Below are positions 29,033-40,316 of a DNA stretch of 64,000 nt, in pieces. This stretch comes from Maricaulis sp. (GTDB lineage: Bacteria; Pseudomonadota; Alphaproteobacteria; Caulobacterales; Maricaulaceae): assembly GCF_048270095.1 (NCBI RefSeq), contig NZ_JBLWTL010000001.1:80544-144543 (forward strand). The letters are read 5' to 3'. Both the position numbers and the translations under genes were made by a program. The notes below the pieces were generated by a model. That model searched no databases and was not told the DNA's origin. It worked only from the letters and a program-made list of their open reading frames with translations. Within the stretch, counting starts at the first letter, position 1, and each line of letters starts with the position of its first letter.

Positions 29033-30808
29033 ATGGCTGGCGCTGTCCGTCTGTCTGACTATCCGATTGCCGCCATCCAGGCACTGAGGCGCGAGGCCTC
29101 GTCGACCGTCAATGCCATCGGCTTGCTGCGGTCAATGCGCGCGCTTGGGCCGATTCCCGAGGCCCTCTGCGCCTGTCCGGCGGATTTTTATTCGGGCCAT
29201 GCCGGGCGCGGTGCCGAAATTCTGGCCGGCCGGTTTGCACTGGCCGGGGACCAGCTCGATGCGACCTCCGGCAAGGCCGGCATCTGGTCACGCTCGACGC
29301 CGTCCCGCGCCTTCGCCCGCAGCCTGCATGGTTTTGGATGGTTGAGGGATTGCGCGGCCGCGGACGAGTCCGGCGATGAAGCGCGCCGGCTCGTCGATGC
29401 CTGGATCCAGGGCTTTGGCCGCTGGAACAGCTTTGCCTGGTCGCAGGACGTGTTGTCTTCCCGGCTGATGAACTGGTTGCGCAGCGGCGAATTGCTGTTC
29501 GCAGCGCCGTCCGGCGGCGACGAGGACGAAGTCCGGCGTCACGCCGCACGGCTGCGCTGCCTTGTGCGGCAGACACGCTATCTGCAACGGGCGCTGCCTC
29601 TGGCACCGGATGGCATCATCCGGCTTCGTTGCGCCGCAGTGCTGACCCTGGCCGGGTTGTGCCTGCCCGGCGAGGCCGCAATGCTCAAGGCCGCGATCTC
29701 AGCCTATAGCCATGAAATCGACCGACAGGTCCTGCCCGATGGCGGACATTTGTCCCGAGCGCCGCGCGCCGTCGCTGAAGCGTTGATTGATCTGGTTACT
29801 GTGCGCGATGTCGCCGCCGGACTTGAGACGGAATTACCGGCCTCGCTGCAGCGCGCCGTCGAGCGTCTGGCGCCGATGGCGCGCTTTTTCCAGACGGTTG
29901 ATGGCGGACTGGCAAGTTTTCACGGCGGCGGCGAGGGTGACCGGGCCGCATTGGCGGCTGTGCTCGAACGCGGTGACATCAAGTCGCGGACATTTGGGTT
30001 CGCGCCTCATTCCGGCTATCAGCGCGCCCATGCGGGCGGCGCCACCGTCTTGCTCGATGTGGGCGAACCGCCGCGCGGCGCGCTGAGCGTCGAGGCCCAC
30101 GCCTCCGCGCTTGCCTTCGAATTGTGCACCGCCAGCGGCCGGCTCGTCGTCAATTGTGGCTGGGCTGATGATCAGCCCGCCAATTGGCGAGAAGCCGTCC
30201 GGGCGACCGCGGCCCACTCGACCCTGACCCTGGAAGAAACCTCCTCGGCACGCCTGCTGTCTCCCGGCTGGCGGCGCACACTTCTCGGACCCCGGCTCGC
30301 AACCTCGCCCGGACCGGTCACGGCGCGGCGCAATGAAGAAGAGCTGGGCGTCTGGCTTGAGGGCGGCCATGAAGGTTATCGGGAACAATACGGGCTCTCG
30401 CACCGGCGCCGGATCTTCCTGGCGGCCGATGGCGGCGATGTCCGCGGTGAGGACGCCCTGTTCCGCCCGATTGATGACGGGGCGCCCGATGATGTCGAAA
30501 TACGCTGGCGTTTTGCCATCCGCTTCCATCTCCATCCCGGCGTCCGCGCCTCACTGGCGCGGGACTCGATGAGCGTGCTGCTGGTCCAACCGTCCGGCGC
30601 GGGATGGCGTTTCCGGTGTGATGGCGAGCCAATCCGCCTCGAACGCTCCGTCTATCTCGCAGCCGGAGCCCCGCCCCAGCGTGCCACCCAGATTGTCGTG
30701 CAGGGCGAAGCAGAACCGTTCGGGGCAGGCGACCGGCCACCAAATCGTGTACGCTGGGCGTTTCAGCGCCTTGGCCGTATTGGCGGCGCTGCGGGGGAAT
30801 ATCCATGA
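29033..30808 (+). CDS. Heparinase II/III family protein
   Basis: LHGFGWLRD, QVLPDGGHLSR, SGYQR, HASALAFE...GRLVVNCG, RATAAHSTL, HEGY....HRR. Confidence 0.85.
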   Translation: MAGAVRLSDYPIAAIQALRREASSTVNAIGLLRSMRALGPIPEALCACPADFYSGHAGRGAEILAGRFALAGDQLDATSGKAGIWSRSTPSRAFARSLHGFGWLRDCAAADESGDEARRLVDAWIQGFGRWNSFAWSQDVLSSRLMNWLRSGELLFAAPSGGDEDEVRRHAARLRCLVRQTRYLQRALPLAPDGIIRLRCAAVLTLAGLCLPGEAAMLKAAISAYSHEIDRQVLPDGGHLSRAPRAVAEALIDLVTVRDVAAGLETELPASLQRAVERLAPMARFFQTVDGGLASFHGGGEGDRAALAAVLERGDIKSRTFGFAPHSGYQRAHAGGATVLLDVGEPPRGALSVEAHASALAFELCTASGRLVVNCGWADDQPANWREAVRATAAHSTLTLEETSSARLLSPGWRRTLLGPRLATSPGPVTARRNEEELGVWLEGGHEGYREQYGLSHRRRIFLAADGGDVRGEDALFRPIDDGAPDDVEIRWRFAIRFHLHPGVRASLARDSMSVLLVQPSGAGWRFRCDGEPIRLERSVYLAAGAPPQRATQIVVQGEAEPFGAGDRPPNRVRWAFQRLGRIGGAAGEYP

Positions 30809-32703
30809 GTACACCACGCCCCGACGCGCCGATGCCCGTATCGACGGGCAGCAAAATGACGATGATCTGGGTCGCCCTGTTTGATCTCGGGGCTGGCGCA
30901 GCCTCCATGTGGGCGGCGATCCACATCCGATATCTGTTCGAGGGCCACCCGCCGCCCGACTCCATCATGCTGCAATCGGTTGCGGTGTTTGCGCTCGCCT
31001 GCGCGGTGGTTTTCCCGGTCCACGGCCTGCATCGCGGCCTCTGGCGCTACACAGCGCTCAATGATGCCGCCCGCATCCTGATGGCGATTGTCATTGCCAA
31101 TCTGGTCTTCCTGCCGATCCTCTTCCTGATCAACCGGCTTGATGGCTTCCCGCGGACCAGCCAGTTGATCGAGATTCCGATCCTGATCGGCCTGATGCTC
31201 GGCTCGCGGCTGATCGTGGCCTCCTGGCGCACGCGCGGCCTGCAATCGGTGTTGCAATTTGAAGATCGCAGCAAGCCGGCCGCCATTCTGGTGGGCACAG
31301 AGGAAGACCTCGATACCGCCCTGCGCGACCTGGCGCGGCGCAATGGCTCTGCCCCTTTCCGGCCGAAAGGTTTGATCGAGCCCAATCTCGCCCTCGCCGG
31401 CCGCGCCATACATGGCGTTCCGGTGCTGGGAGGTCTGGGCGTTCTGCCGGCCGCACTCAAACGCTTGTCGGAAGCCGAGAAACTGCCTCCGCGTCTGGTG
31501 CTGGCGGGAACTCATACGGATGCCGAGCTGGTCAATGCCCTGGTCCGGATCGCGGCGCGCTCGGGCGCCAAACTCTCCCGGGCGCGGCCGGCGGAGGGGC
31601 CCGGCGCTTTCTCGCCGGTCGAAGCCGCCGATCTGCTGAACCGGCCGCCGCGGGCGCCCGACCTGGAGCCGGCCCGCCCCCTGATTGAGGGCAAGCGCGT
31701 ACTGGTGACAGGCGCGGGCGGCACGATCGGATCGGAACTGGCCCGACTGGCAGCCAATCTCGGCCCAGAAAAGCTGATCCTGCTCGATTCCTCGGAATCC
31801 AATCTCTACGAGATCGACCTCGAATTCGCCGCCCGATCACCGCGAGTGGCATGGCGAGCTGTCCTCGGCGATGTCCGCGACGCGGTGCGACTGGATCAGG
31901 TTTTTTCCGAAGAAAAGCCAGACGTCGTTCTGCACGCGGCGGCGCTGAAACACGTACCGATGAGCGAACGCAATCCGGGCGAAGCGGTGCGCACGAATGT
32001 GCTCGGAACGATCCAGACCATCCAGGCGGCAGTCCAGCACGGAGCCCAAGTTGTGGCCCTGATCTCGACCGACAAGGCCGTCGAACCGACCAATATCATG
32101 GGCGGCACGAAGCGCGCCGCCGAACTCTTCGCCCAATCCGCAGCTGTGCCGGGCAGCCCGACACGGATCTGCGTTGTCCGCTTCGGCAATGTCCTGGGAT
32201 CGACCGGGTCGGTGGTGCCACTCTTTGAACGTCAGATCGAGCTGGGTCGCGCCATCACGGTGACCGATCCGGAAGCCACTCGTTATTTCATGACGGTCGA
32301 GGAAGCATCCGGCCTGGTATTGTCCGCAGCGGCGCAGACGGCCGCCAATGCATCATTGAATGGCGCGCTCTATGTTTTCGACATGGGCGAACCGGTCTCG
32401 ATCCTGCGCCTCGCCCGCCAGCTTCTACGCCTGCGCGGCCGCGATCCGGACGCGCCCGGCACGCTCTCCGTCGTCGGCCTCCGGCCTGGCGAAAAGCGGC
32501 ATGAAAGCCTGGTCTATCCCTTTGAACGAACACAAGACACCACGGTTCCGGGCGTTTGGCTCGTTGATGGCCCCAGCACTGACCCGCGCGAGATAGAGGC
32601 CCGGCTGGCCACCCTGCTCTCAGCCGCCGAAAGCCAGGATGTCGAGGCTGTGAAACTGGCCCTGAAGCAGGTGTGCGGCCTCGGCCCGGCCGCGCCGATC
32701 TGA
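30805..32703 (+). CDS. Membrane-bound nucleoside-diphosphate-sugar 4,6-dehydratase (CapD/PglF/WbpM family)
   Basis: Four N-terminal TM segments; VTGAGGTIGSEL, HAAALKHVP, STDKAV.PTNIMG.TK, VRFGNVLGSTGSVVPLF. Confidence 0.92.
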   Translation: MSTPRPDAPMPVSTGSKMTMIWVALFDLGAGAASMWAAIHIRYLFEGHPPPDSIMLQSVAVFALACAVVFPVHGLHRGLWRYTALNDAARILMAIVIANLVFLPILFLINRLDGFPRTSQLIEIPILIGLMLGSRLIVASWRTRGLQSVLQFEDRSKPAAILVGTEEDLDTALRDLARRNGSAPFRPKGLIEPNLALAGRAIHGVPVLGGLGVLPAALKRLSEAEKLPPRLVLAGTHTDAELVNALVRIAARSGAKLSRARPAEGPGAFSPVEAADLLNRPPRAPDLEPARPLIEGKRVLVTGAGGTIGSELARLAANLGPEKLILLDSSESNLYEIDLEFAARSPRVAWRAVLGDVRDAVRLDQVFSEEKPDVVLHAAALKHVPMSERNPGEAVRTNVLGTIQTIQAAVQHGAQVVALISTDKAVEPTNIMGGTKRAAELFAQSAAVPGSPTRICVVRFGNVLGSTGSVVPLFERQIELGRAITVTDPEATRYFMTVEEASGLVLSAAAQTAANASLNGALYVFDMGEPVSILRLARQLLRLRGRDPDAPGTLSVVGLRPGEKRHESLVYPFERTQDTTVPGVWLVDGPSTDPREIEARLATLLSAAESQDVEAVKLALKQVCGLGPAAPI

Positions 32704-32773
32704 TTGACATGTCCGACCGTCATGCTACCTCCGCGACCAACCCAATTGATTGCGAATGAATGGAGCCCTGCCC

Positions 32774-34369
32774 ATGCCCGATCTGGATCTAGTTCCGCTT
32801 CGACGCGCCCTGATATCCGTGTCGGACAAGACCGGCCTGATCGAGCGGGCACAGCGCCTGGCGGCGGCGGATGTAGAAATTCTCTCGACCGGCGGCACAC
32901 TGAAGGCGCTGCACGATGCCGGCATTGCCGCCCTCGATGTCGCCGAAGTGACTGCCTTTCCCGAAATGATGGATGGCCGTCTCAAGACCCTGCACCCGCG
33001 CGTCCATGGCGGTCTGCTGGGCCGGCGCAATAACGATCAGGACGTTACGGATATGGCGCAGCACGCCATTCCGGCGATCGACCTGCTCTACGTCAATCTT
33101 TATCCGTTCGAGGACACCGTCGCGAAGGGTGCCGAATACGCCACCTGTGTCGAGAATATCGATATTGGAGGGCCGGCGATGATCCGGGCTGCGGCCAAGA
33201 ATCATGCCTGGGTGGCGGTCTGTGTCGATGGCGAGGACCTCGACGAAGTGCTCGACGCCATCGAAGCGCAGGCCGGGTCCACATCGTTGGACCTGCGCAA
33301 GCGGCTCGCAGCGAAGTCCTATGGCCGGACAGCAGCCTATGACGCCGCGATCTCCAACTGGTTTACCGATTCCCTCGACATCCCGACACCGAGCTACCGC
33401 GCCTTTGGTGGCCATCTGCTCCAGCCCCTGCGCTATGGGGAAAACCCGCACCAGGCCGCTGCGCTCTACCGCACGTCGGAAATCCGGCCCGGTATCACCA
33501 CGGCCCGCCAGATACAGGGCAAGGCGCTGAGCTTCAACAATCTCGCCGATGCGGATGCGGCCTTTGAGCTGGCCGCCGAGTTTGACCCTGAAAGCACGGC
33601 CGCAGTCGTAATCGTCAAACACGCCAACCCCTGCGGCGTCGCGCTTCACGACAAGCTGACCACGGCCTATGAGAACGCGCTGACGGCCGACCCGGTGTCA
33701 GCCTTTGGTGGTATCGTGGCGATGAATCGCAAGCTCGATGCCGAAACTGCGAATGAAGTGGTGCGGATATTCACCGAAGTCGTCGTCGCGCCTGATGCCG
33801 ATGAGGACGCCCTGGCGATCCTGTCCGCCAAGCCGAATTTGCGTGTGCTCCTGACCGGCGCGCTGCCAGACCCGGACCAGACAGGCTGGCTGGTCAAGAC
33901 GGTCGCTGGCGGACTTCTCGTCCAGGAACGCGACACCGGCCGCGTCCTCCCCGCCGAGCTGAAAACCGTGACCAAACGCGCTCCGACCGAGCAGGAGCTC
34001 AACGACCTCCTGTTCGCCTGGAAAGTGGTCAAACACGTCAAATCCAACGCGATCGTCTATGTCCGCGATGGCGCTACAGCCGGCATAGGCATGGGCCAGA
34101 CCAGCCGGCTCGAAGCCGCACGCCTGGCACTGAGCAAGGCCGAGGCGACAGCGGTGGAGAATGAGTGGGACGCCGCGCACACCCAGGGCTCGGTCTGCGC
34201 CTCTGACGCCTTTTTCCCCTTTGCCGACGGCCTGAAAGCCGCAATCGAGGCCGGTGCAACAGCGATCATCCAGCCAGGCGGTTCGATCCGCGATGACGAA
34301 GTCATCGCCGCCGCCGATGAAGCCGGGTTGGCGATGGTGTTCACCGGGATGCGTCACTTCCGCCATTGA
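32774..34369 (+). CDS. purH: Bifunctional AICAR transformylase/IMP cyclohydrolase
   Basis: [52 protein letters not shown]. Confidence 0.99.
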   Translation: MPDLDLVPLRRALISVSDKTGLIERAQRLAAADVEILSTGGTLKALHDAGIAALDVAEVTAFPEMMDGRLKTLHPRVHGGLLGRRNNDQDVTDMAQHAIPAIDLLYVNLYPFEDTVAKGAEYATCVENIDIGGPAMIRAAAKNHAWVAVCVDGEDLDEVLDAIEAQAGSTSLDLRKRLAAKSYGRTAAYDAAISNWFTDSLDIPTPSYRAFGGHLLQPLRYGENPHQAAALYRTSEIRPGITTARQIQGKALSFNNLADADAAFELAAEFDPESTAAVVIVKHANPCGVALHDKLTTAYENALTADPVSAFGGIVAMNRKLDAETANEVVRIFTEVVVAPDADEDALAILSAKPNLRVLLTGALPDPDQTGWLVKTVAGGLLVQERDTGRVLPAELKTVTKRAPTEQELNDLLFAWKVVKHVKSNAIVYVRDGATAGIGMGQTSRLEAARLALSKAEATAVENEWDAAHTQGSVCASDAFFPFADGLKAAIEAGATAIIQPGGSIRDDEVIAAADEAGLAMVFTGMRHFRH

Positions 34370-34440
34370 TACGGACCCGCCGGGGCCAATGTGAATCAAC
34401 TAAACATTGACGCGGCGGGCCGCAACGGCACATTGGCGCC

Positions 34441-35313
34441 ATGATGTTCAGTTTTTTCCTCCGCGCCATTCCTGCCGCCCTGGCCATTGCCGCAACCGGG
34501 CTGGGTGCCTATGCCAGCTCCAATGCGAGTGGTTTTGGCGTGCCACAGCGGACGCTGCAAGAGCAGGCCGAATTGCTTCGGCCCTTCACCGATATCCGAA
34601 TTCCGGAGATGGCGACGGGGCCGGTCCCCGCCGTTCTGATGTTTCATGGTTGCGGCGGCTTGCGTCAGGTCCAGGAGGACTATGCCCGCTCGGCCCTGGA
34701 TGCCGGATATGGCGTTCTGATCATTGGATCGAATGCGGCGCGCGGGATCGACCGGTTTGCAGCGATGAGCCAGGTCTGCACAGGCCTGCGTCTATGGGGT
34801 CGCGAACGCGCGGCCGACGTGTTTGCCGGACTCTATCTCGCCCGCGAGGACAGCCGAATTGACGCGTCGCGGCTGGCCCTGATCGGCTGGAGCCATGGTG
34901 GCTGGACCGTGCTGGAAGCACTCGACGATGCCGGCCGCCAGGTCGCGCCGGAGGCCCTGGAACACGGTCTCGGGCCGGTTCCGGATCTCGCCGGTGTGCG
35001 CACAGCGATGACGCTCTACCCCTATTGCGGCTTTCCAATGCGCAGCAATGGCCGTGAATATGCCCGCGACATTCCCCTGCACGCCATTCTGGCGGAGAAT
35101 GACATGATCGCGCCACCGGGAGATTGCGAACGCCTGTTCGAGCGCTCCGAAACGGCCGGTCACCGCGTCGATGTCCAGGTCTGGCAAGGCCTGACCCACG
35201 CATTCGATGAGCCGAATCCGCCGCCAGACCCGCGCATCAATTTCGATATTGATGCGGCCGAACAGGCGCGCAGCGACTGGCTGGAAACCCTCAGCCTGGA
35301 ACTCGCCCCCTAG
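34441..35313 (+). CDS. Secreted dienelactone hydrolase-family alpha/beta hydrolase
   Basis: Signal peptide; HGCGG, GWSHGG nucleophile elbow, YPYC, HAFD. Confidence 0.85.
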   Translation: MMFSFFLRAIPAALAIAATGLGAYASSNASGFGVPQRTLQEQAELLRPFTDIRIPEMATGPVPAVLMFHGCGGLRQVQEDYARSALDAGYGVLIIGSNAARGIDRFAAMSQVCTGLRLWGRERAADVFAGLYLAREDSRIDASRLALIGWSHGGWTVLEALDDAGRQVAPEALEHGLGPVPDLAGVRTAMTLYPYCGFPMRSNGREYARDIPLHAILAENDMIAPPGDCERLFERSETAGHRVDVQVWQGLTHAFDEPNPPPDPRINFDIDAAEQARSDWLETLSLELAP

Positions 35314-35332
35314 AGCGCATGCAACAGCCCTT

Positions 35333-35365
35333 GCACGGGGCCCGACCCTGTGTCGAACCCCGTGC
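35333..35365. terminator. Hairpin between the convergent hydrolase and gdh genes
   Basis: GCACGGGG...CCCCGTGC with an inner CGAC/GTCG stem. No long U-tract. Confidence 0.4.
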
Positions 35366-35390
35366 CCGGTTGGCTGCAACTGATTTGGCT

Positions 35391-38300
35391 CTAGGGCTGG
35401 GCCACTGACGCCATTTCACCGAGCTGGGTCGATGCGATCGAGAGCTTGGACAAGGTCCAGGATCCCGATTCATCGAGCTGGCGCTGAACCAGATCAACCC
35501 GGTCCGCTTCATCGCCATTGACGGTATTCCACGCCTCGACCAGTGAATCGGCCCATTCCCGTGACGGGCTTTCGACGCCACTGGCCAGAGAACCGCCAGC
35601 CTGGGCGGCAAACCGCATCGCCGACGCTGCCAGCGTCTGCTGGCTGGCATAGAGATCTTCCATCAGGCGGCGCACGGCCAGTCGGTCCCAGTGCAGCTCG
35701 GAGGACACTTCCTGCCCCAGACCGCGCAAACGGTCGAAGCGGAAGCGGGCCCCGATCGCATGATAGATATAGGCGGTCGAAGCGAGCGGCCAGTCACTGG
35801 CCACGGCCATATCGATCACATCGGTCGATGAAGTCAGTGGCCGCAACTCGGCGACAGCCTTTGCCAGGGCGGCCGGAGCGCCCGCTGCGACAAATTTCTG
35901 CTTGCGGGCCCGGACACCCTTGCGCTCGTGATCGGAGATGATCTCGTGCGCCATGGAACGCAATTCCTGCACGCCGGCCTGATAATTACCGATTACGGTA
36001 CCGATATTTTCCAGGGCCGACGCTGCGCGTCCGCGATTACGCCGGACCAGCCAATAGGCCTGACGACGCAAGAGCCGGATGATCTCACCATGCAGTTCGA
36101 TCTGCACGGAAGCCGGCGCCTTGTTGTCGAGGCTGTTGATTTCGGTCGAGAGTTCGCTGAAGCGGAAAATCTGGCGGCCGACCTCGAAGGCATGGGCGAT
36201 GGCCGGCACCGCGGCCGCCGTTGAATCGATCGCCCGGTGGATGAAGGTCGGCCCACCCAGATTGATCATTTCATTGGCGAGAACCGTGGAGATAATCTCC
36301 CGTTTCAGCCTATGGCCCTCCATGGCGTCAGTATAGCTGTGGAGGCCTTTCGGGAAGTAATTGACCAGCATGGAATGGAAATGCGGGTCGTCTGGAACAT
36401 CCGACGCAACAAGCTGGTCGAACAGGGTGATTTTCGCGTAAGAGATCAGGACCGCCAATTCAGGGCGGGTGAGCCCCAGGTCGCGCTCCTTCAGACTGCG
36501 CATGGCTTCAAGATTCGGCAGGCCCTCAACCTCGCGATTGAGCTGCCCAACGCTTTCAAGCCGCGCCATGAAACGCTCATGCGCATCGAGATCGGCGATG
36601 CTGGAATGCTCCGCCATCGAGAGCGCCAGGGTCTGATCATAATTGTGTTTGAGGACATGATCGGCAACGTCATCGGTCATCGATTCCAGCAACACATCGC
36701 GGTCAGCAAGGCTCATCGCGCCGCTGCGGACCATGGGCCGAACCAGAATCTTGATATTCACCTCATGGTCCGAACTGTCGACGCCGGCCGAATTATCGAC
36801 GAAATCGGCATTGGCCCGGCCGCCGAGGCGACTGTATTCGATCCGCGCCGCCTGGGTGGTACCGAGATTGGCACCCTCGCCGATGACCTTGACCTTCAAA
36901 TCGGCCGCATTGACGCGAACGCCTTCATTCGTCTTGTCGCCGACCTCGCCATGCTGTTGATGGCTGGCTTTGACATAGGTGCCGATACCGCCAAACCACA
37001 GCAGTTCAGCCTCGGACTTGAGCAGGGCGTGAATGAGTTCCGCCGGGCTGGCCGTGGGTGTTGTCAGCCCGGCCAGGGCCCGGATCTCGTCGGACAGGGG
37101 CAAAGATTTTTCAGCCCGCGAGAAAATACCGCCGCCGCTGGAAATCAGTGATTTGTCATAGTCCTGCCAGGAGCTGCGGGGCATGTCGAACAAGCGCTTG
37201 CGCTCATTCCACATCTGCTCGCAATCACCCGGATCGGGATCGATGAAGATGTCGCGATGATCGAAGGCCGCGAGCAGGCGAATCTGTTTCGACAACAGCA
37301 TGCCGTTGCCGAATACATCGCCGGACATGTCGCCCACACCGATGACGGTGAAGGGCTCGGTCTGGATATCCTTGTTCAGCTCCCGGAAGTGGCGTTTCAC
37401 CGATTCCCAGGCACCTCGCGCGGTAATCCCCATCTTCTTGTGATCATACCCGGCCGATCCGCCCGAGGCGAAGGCGTCGCCGAGCCAGAAATCGAACTCG
37501 TCGGTCGCCATGCCATTGGCTGTATCGGAGAAGGTCGCCGTGCCCTTGTCGGCTGCAACAACCAGATACGGGTCATCATCATCCCAGCACACGGTGGATT
37601 GAGGATGAACCACAACATCATCGACAATATTGTCAGTGACATCGAGCATCCCACGGATGAAAGTCTTGTAGGCTTCGCGTCCGGCTTCGAAAATCTCGTC
37701 GCGCGAACCGTCGCGTGGCAGGGTTTTTGGATAGAATCCGCCCTTCGAGCCAACCGGCACAATGACGGCATTCTTGACCTGCTGCGCCTTGACCAGGCCG
37801 AGCACTTCGGTGCGGAAATCATCACGCCGATCTGACCAGCGCAGGCCGCCACGGGCGACCGGGCCAAAACGCAAGTGAATGCCCTCGACATCCGGCGACC
37901 AGACAAAGATTTCGCGATAGGGCTTGGGCAGGGGCAGATCGACCAGCGAGGCGCTGTCGATCTTGATCGATATCCGCGGCTTCACATCGCCGGCAGCATC
38001 GGCTTGATAGAAATTGGTTCGCAGCGTCGCCTGGATGAGCGCGAACATGCGGCGCAGGGCGCGGTCATGGTCGAGACTGCGAACCGCATCGAGCTGGGTC
38101 AGGATTTGCTGACCGACCTCAGTGGCCGCCTCAATCCGGGCCTTGTGTTCGCCGTCGAAGCCGGGGTCAAACTTGACCCGGGCCAGTTCAAGCAGACCAC
38201 GTGCGATATCCGGGTAGGCAGCGAGCGCCTCTTCCTGGATCGCCTGCGACGGATCAAGACCGGTCTGCTGACGATAGCGCGCACAGGTACGCAGGAAAGC

Positions 38301-40316
38301 CGCCTCGCGCCAGGTCACGCCGATCTCGACGATCAGGCGGTTGAAGCCGTCATCCTCGGCGCGGCCCTCGGCCATGGCGAGCAGGGCATCCTCGAGCTTG
38401 GGGCCCAGTTCTTCCAGGGATTGATGTTTGAGCGCGTCGGAACGGATCTCGAAATCATGGACATAGGCCCGGTCGACCAGCTCGCCATTGCGGCCGCGCC
38501 GGTCAACGGGGAAACCGGTTTCCTGCACGACGTAAACGCCGAGATTTTCCAGTACGGGCATGACCCGGGACAGCGAGACCGGCTTGCCGACGCGATAGAT
38601 CTTGAGACGCAATTCGGTCTGCTCATCATCGGCTTCGCGATAGACGCGGACCGCAACCTTGTCACTGGAATCGAGTGATTCCAGTTTCATGACATCGGCC
38701 AGCGCTTCGCTGGAATCATAGAGCTCGCGATAACCGGCCTTGAAGGCGTCCTGATAGGCCGGCATGCGCAATCGGATCGCTTCCGACGCTGTGCGCCGGA
38801 CATGGGTTTCCAGATCGTCTTCCCAGGTGCGCGACAGCCGCGTCACGCGCCGCTCGAGCTCGGCAATATCCGGCTCCGGGTGATCGAACGGGTTGAGGCC
38901 GATAATGAAGTGGACCCGCGCCAGCGAACTGTCACCGAATTGCGGGTAATAGGCGGACAGGCGCCCGCCAAAAGCTTCGCGGATCAGCTCACCGGCCTGT
39001 TCGCGAACTTGGGAATTATAACGGTCGCGCGGCACGAAGAGCAGGGCGGAGACAAAACGGTCGAACTGGTCGCGGCGAATGAAGAGCTTGGTGCGCGGCC
39101 GGTCATGCAGGTGCAGGATGCCGAGGCAGATTTCCAGCAGGTCATTCTCGTCGGTCTGGAAGAGCTCGTCGCGCGGGAAATTCTCAACCGTATTGCGCAG
39201 CTTCTTGGCATTATGCGTACCCGGCGCCTTGCCGGCACGCTCAAGAACGCGGCGCACCTTGCGGCGGATCAGCGGCACCAGGGACGCGCTCTGGTCATAG
39301 GCTTCGGCTGTAAACAGGCCGACGAAGCGCGATTCACCGATCACGGCCCCGTCTTCGCGATACCGTTTGACGCCGATATAATCCATATAAACGCGGCGAT
39401 GGACGCGCGACTTCATATTGCCCTTGGCGACAATGATGGGCGTCGGCTCGCGCAGGAACGTCTCGATAGCCGGGGTCAGGACAGCCGGCTCGGACCCCTT
39501 GCGCAGGACGTGGCGCTCCGGATCACGCAACACACCACGCCCGGAATCCATCCGCACACGCGGATGGCGATCGGCCATCGAGCCGTCTTCGCTGACGTCG
39601 AAATCATAGATGCGGCAGCCGAGGAATGCGAAATGGTCATCGCGCAGCCAGCGCAGGAATTCCAGCGACTCGGCAATTTCCTCGGGGGAGGCCAGGGTTG
39701 TCGCCTGTTGCAGATGAGCGATCGACTCGTCCATCTGGGCCCGCATGTCCGACCAGTCCTCGACGGTGACACGCACATCGTCGAGCGTCGCCGTGACACC
39801 CTCGATCAGGGTGCGCCGGGACAGCTCGTCGAGCTCGGGCAAATGCACCTGGATCATGGATTCAGCCGTGCAACGGCCACCCTCGGCGACGCGATTGCCT
39901 TCGGCATCGCGCCGGACCTGGACGATCGGGTGGAACATGGCGACAACGTCATGGCCCTGGGCACCAATCTCGCCCATCACCGAATCGACGATGAACGGCC
40001 GGTCATTGCCAATTATTTCAAGAACATCGCGGCCAAGGTCGGCACCGTCAGCGCGGGTTGCCGTGCGCATACGGACCAGAATGTCATCGCCGACACGCCG
40101 GTCGCCATAGAGCCAGAATTCAACGCTGAGCGCAGCGAGATCCTCCACGGAGACCCGTTCCAGGTCATCCGACAGGGCATCGTCATAGATTTGCGCTATG
40201 AAAGCGTTGCCGGTTTCGCCGCACTCCGCTCCAAATTGATCTTGCCAGCGGCGCCGGGCCGCTTCCATGAATTCCGCACGCGTGTAGGCATGCGCGATTC
40301 CGACGACCGCCCCCAT
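35391..40316 (-). CDS. gdhB: Large NAD-specific glutamate dehydrogenase (GdhB/GdhZ type)
   Basis: 1641 aa; GIHLRFGPVARGGLRWSDRRDDFRTEVLGLVKAQQVKNAVIVP, YLVVAADKGTATFSD, GYDHKKMGITARGAW. Confidence 0.98.
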   Translation of the reverse strand: MGAVVGIAHAYTRAEFMEAARRRWQDQFGAECGETGNAFIAQIYDDALSDDLERVSVEDLAALSVEFWLYGDRRVGDDILVRMRTATRADGADLGRDVLEIIGNDRPFIVDSVMGEIGAQGHDVVAMFHPIVQVRRDAEGNRVAEGGRCTAESMIQVHLPELDELSRRTLIEGVTATLDDVRVTVEDWSDMRAQMDESIAHLQQATTLASPEEIAESLEFLRWLRDDHFAFLGCRIYDFDVSEDGSMADRHPRVRMDSGRGVLRDPERHVLRKGSEPAVLTPAIETFLREPTPIIVAKGNMKSRVHRRVYMDYIGVKRYREDGAVIGESRFVGLFTAEAYDQSASLVPLIRRKVRRVLERAGKAPGTHNAKKLRNTVENFPRDELFQTDENDLLEICLGILHLHDRPRTKLFIRRDQFDRFVSALLFVPRDRYNSQVREQAGELIREAFGGRLSAYYPQFGDSSLARVHFIIGLNPFDHPEPDIAELERRVTRLSRTWEDDLETHVRRTASEAIRLRMPAYQDAFKAGYRELYDSSEALADVMKLESLDSSDKVAVRVYREADDEQTELRLKIYRVGKPVSLSRVMPVLENLGVYVVQETGFPVDRRGRNGELVDRAYVHDFEIRSDALKHQSLEELGPKLEDALLAMAEGRAEDDGFNRLIVEIGVTWREAAFLRTCARYRQQTGLDPSQAIQEEALAAYPDIARGLLELARVKFDPGFDGEHKARIEAATEVGQQILTQLDAVRSLDHDRALRRMFALIQATLRTNFYQADAAGDVKPRISIKIDSASLVDLPLPKPYREIFVWSPDVEGIHLRFGPVARGGLRWSDRRDDFRTEVLGLVKAQQVKNAVIVPVGSKGGFYPKTLPRDGSRDEIFEAGREAYKTFIRGMLDVTDNIVDDVVVHPQSTVCWDDDDPYLVVAADKGTATFSDTANGMATDEFDFWLGDAFASGGSAGYDHKKMGITARGAWESVKRHFRELNKDIQTEPFTVIGVGDMSGDVFGNGMLLSKQIRLLAAFDHRDIFIDPDPGDCEQMWNERKRLFDMPRSSWQDYDKSLISSGGGIFSRAEKSLPLSDEIRALAGLTTPTASPAELIHALLKSEAELLWFGGIGTYVKASHQQHGEVGDKTNEGVRVNAADLKVKVIGEGANLGTTQAARIEYSRLGGRANADFVDNSAGVDSSDHEVNIKILVRPMVRSGAMSLADRDVLLESMTDDVADHVLKHNYDQTLALSMAEHSSIADLDAHERFMARLESVGQLNREVEGLPNLEAMRSLKERDLGLTRPELAVLISYAKITLFDQLVASDVPDDPHFHSMLVNYFPKGLHSYTDAMEGHRLKREIISTVLANEMINLGGPTFIHRAIDSTAAAVPAIAHAFEVGRQIFRFSELSTEINSLDNKAPASVQIELHGEIIRLLRRQAYWLVRRNRGRAASALENIGTVIGNYQAGVQELRSMAHEIISDHERKGVRARKQKFVAAGAPAALAKAVAELRPLTSSTDVIDMAVASDWPLASTAYIYHAIGARFRFDRLRGLGQEVSSELHWDRLAVRRLMEDLYASQQTLAASAMRFAAQAGGSLASGVESPSREWADSLVEAWNTVNGDEADRVDLVQRQLDESGSWTLSKLSIASTQLGEMASVAQP

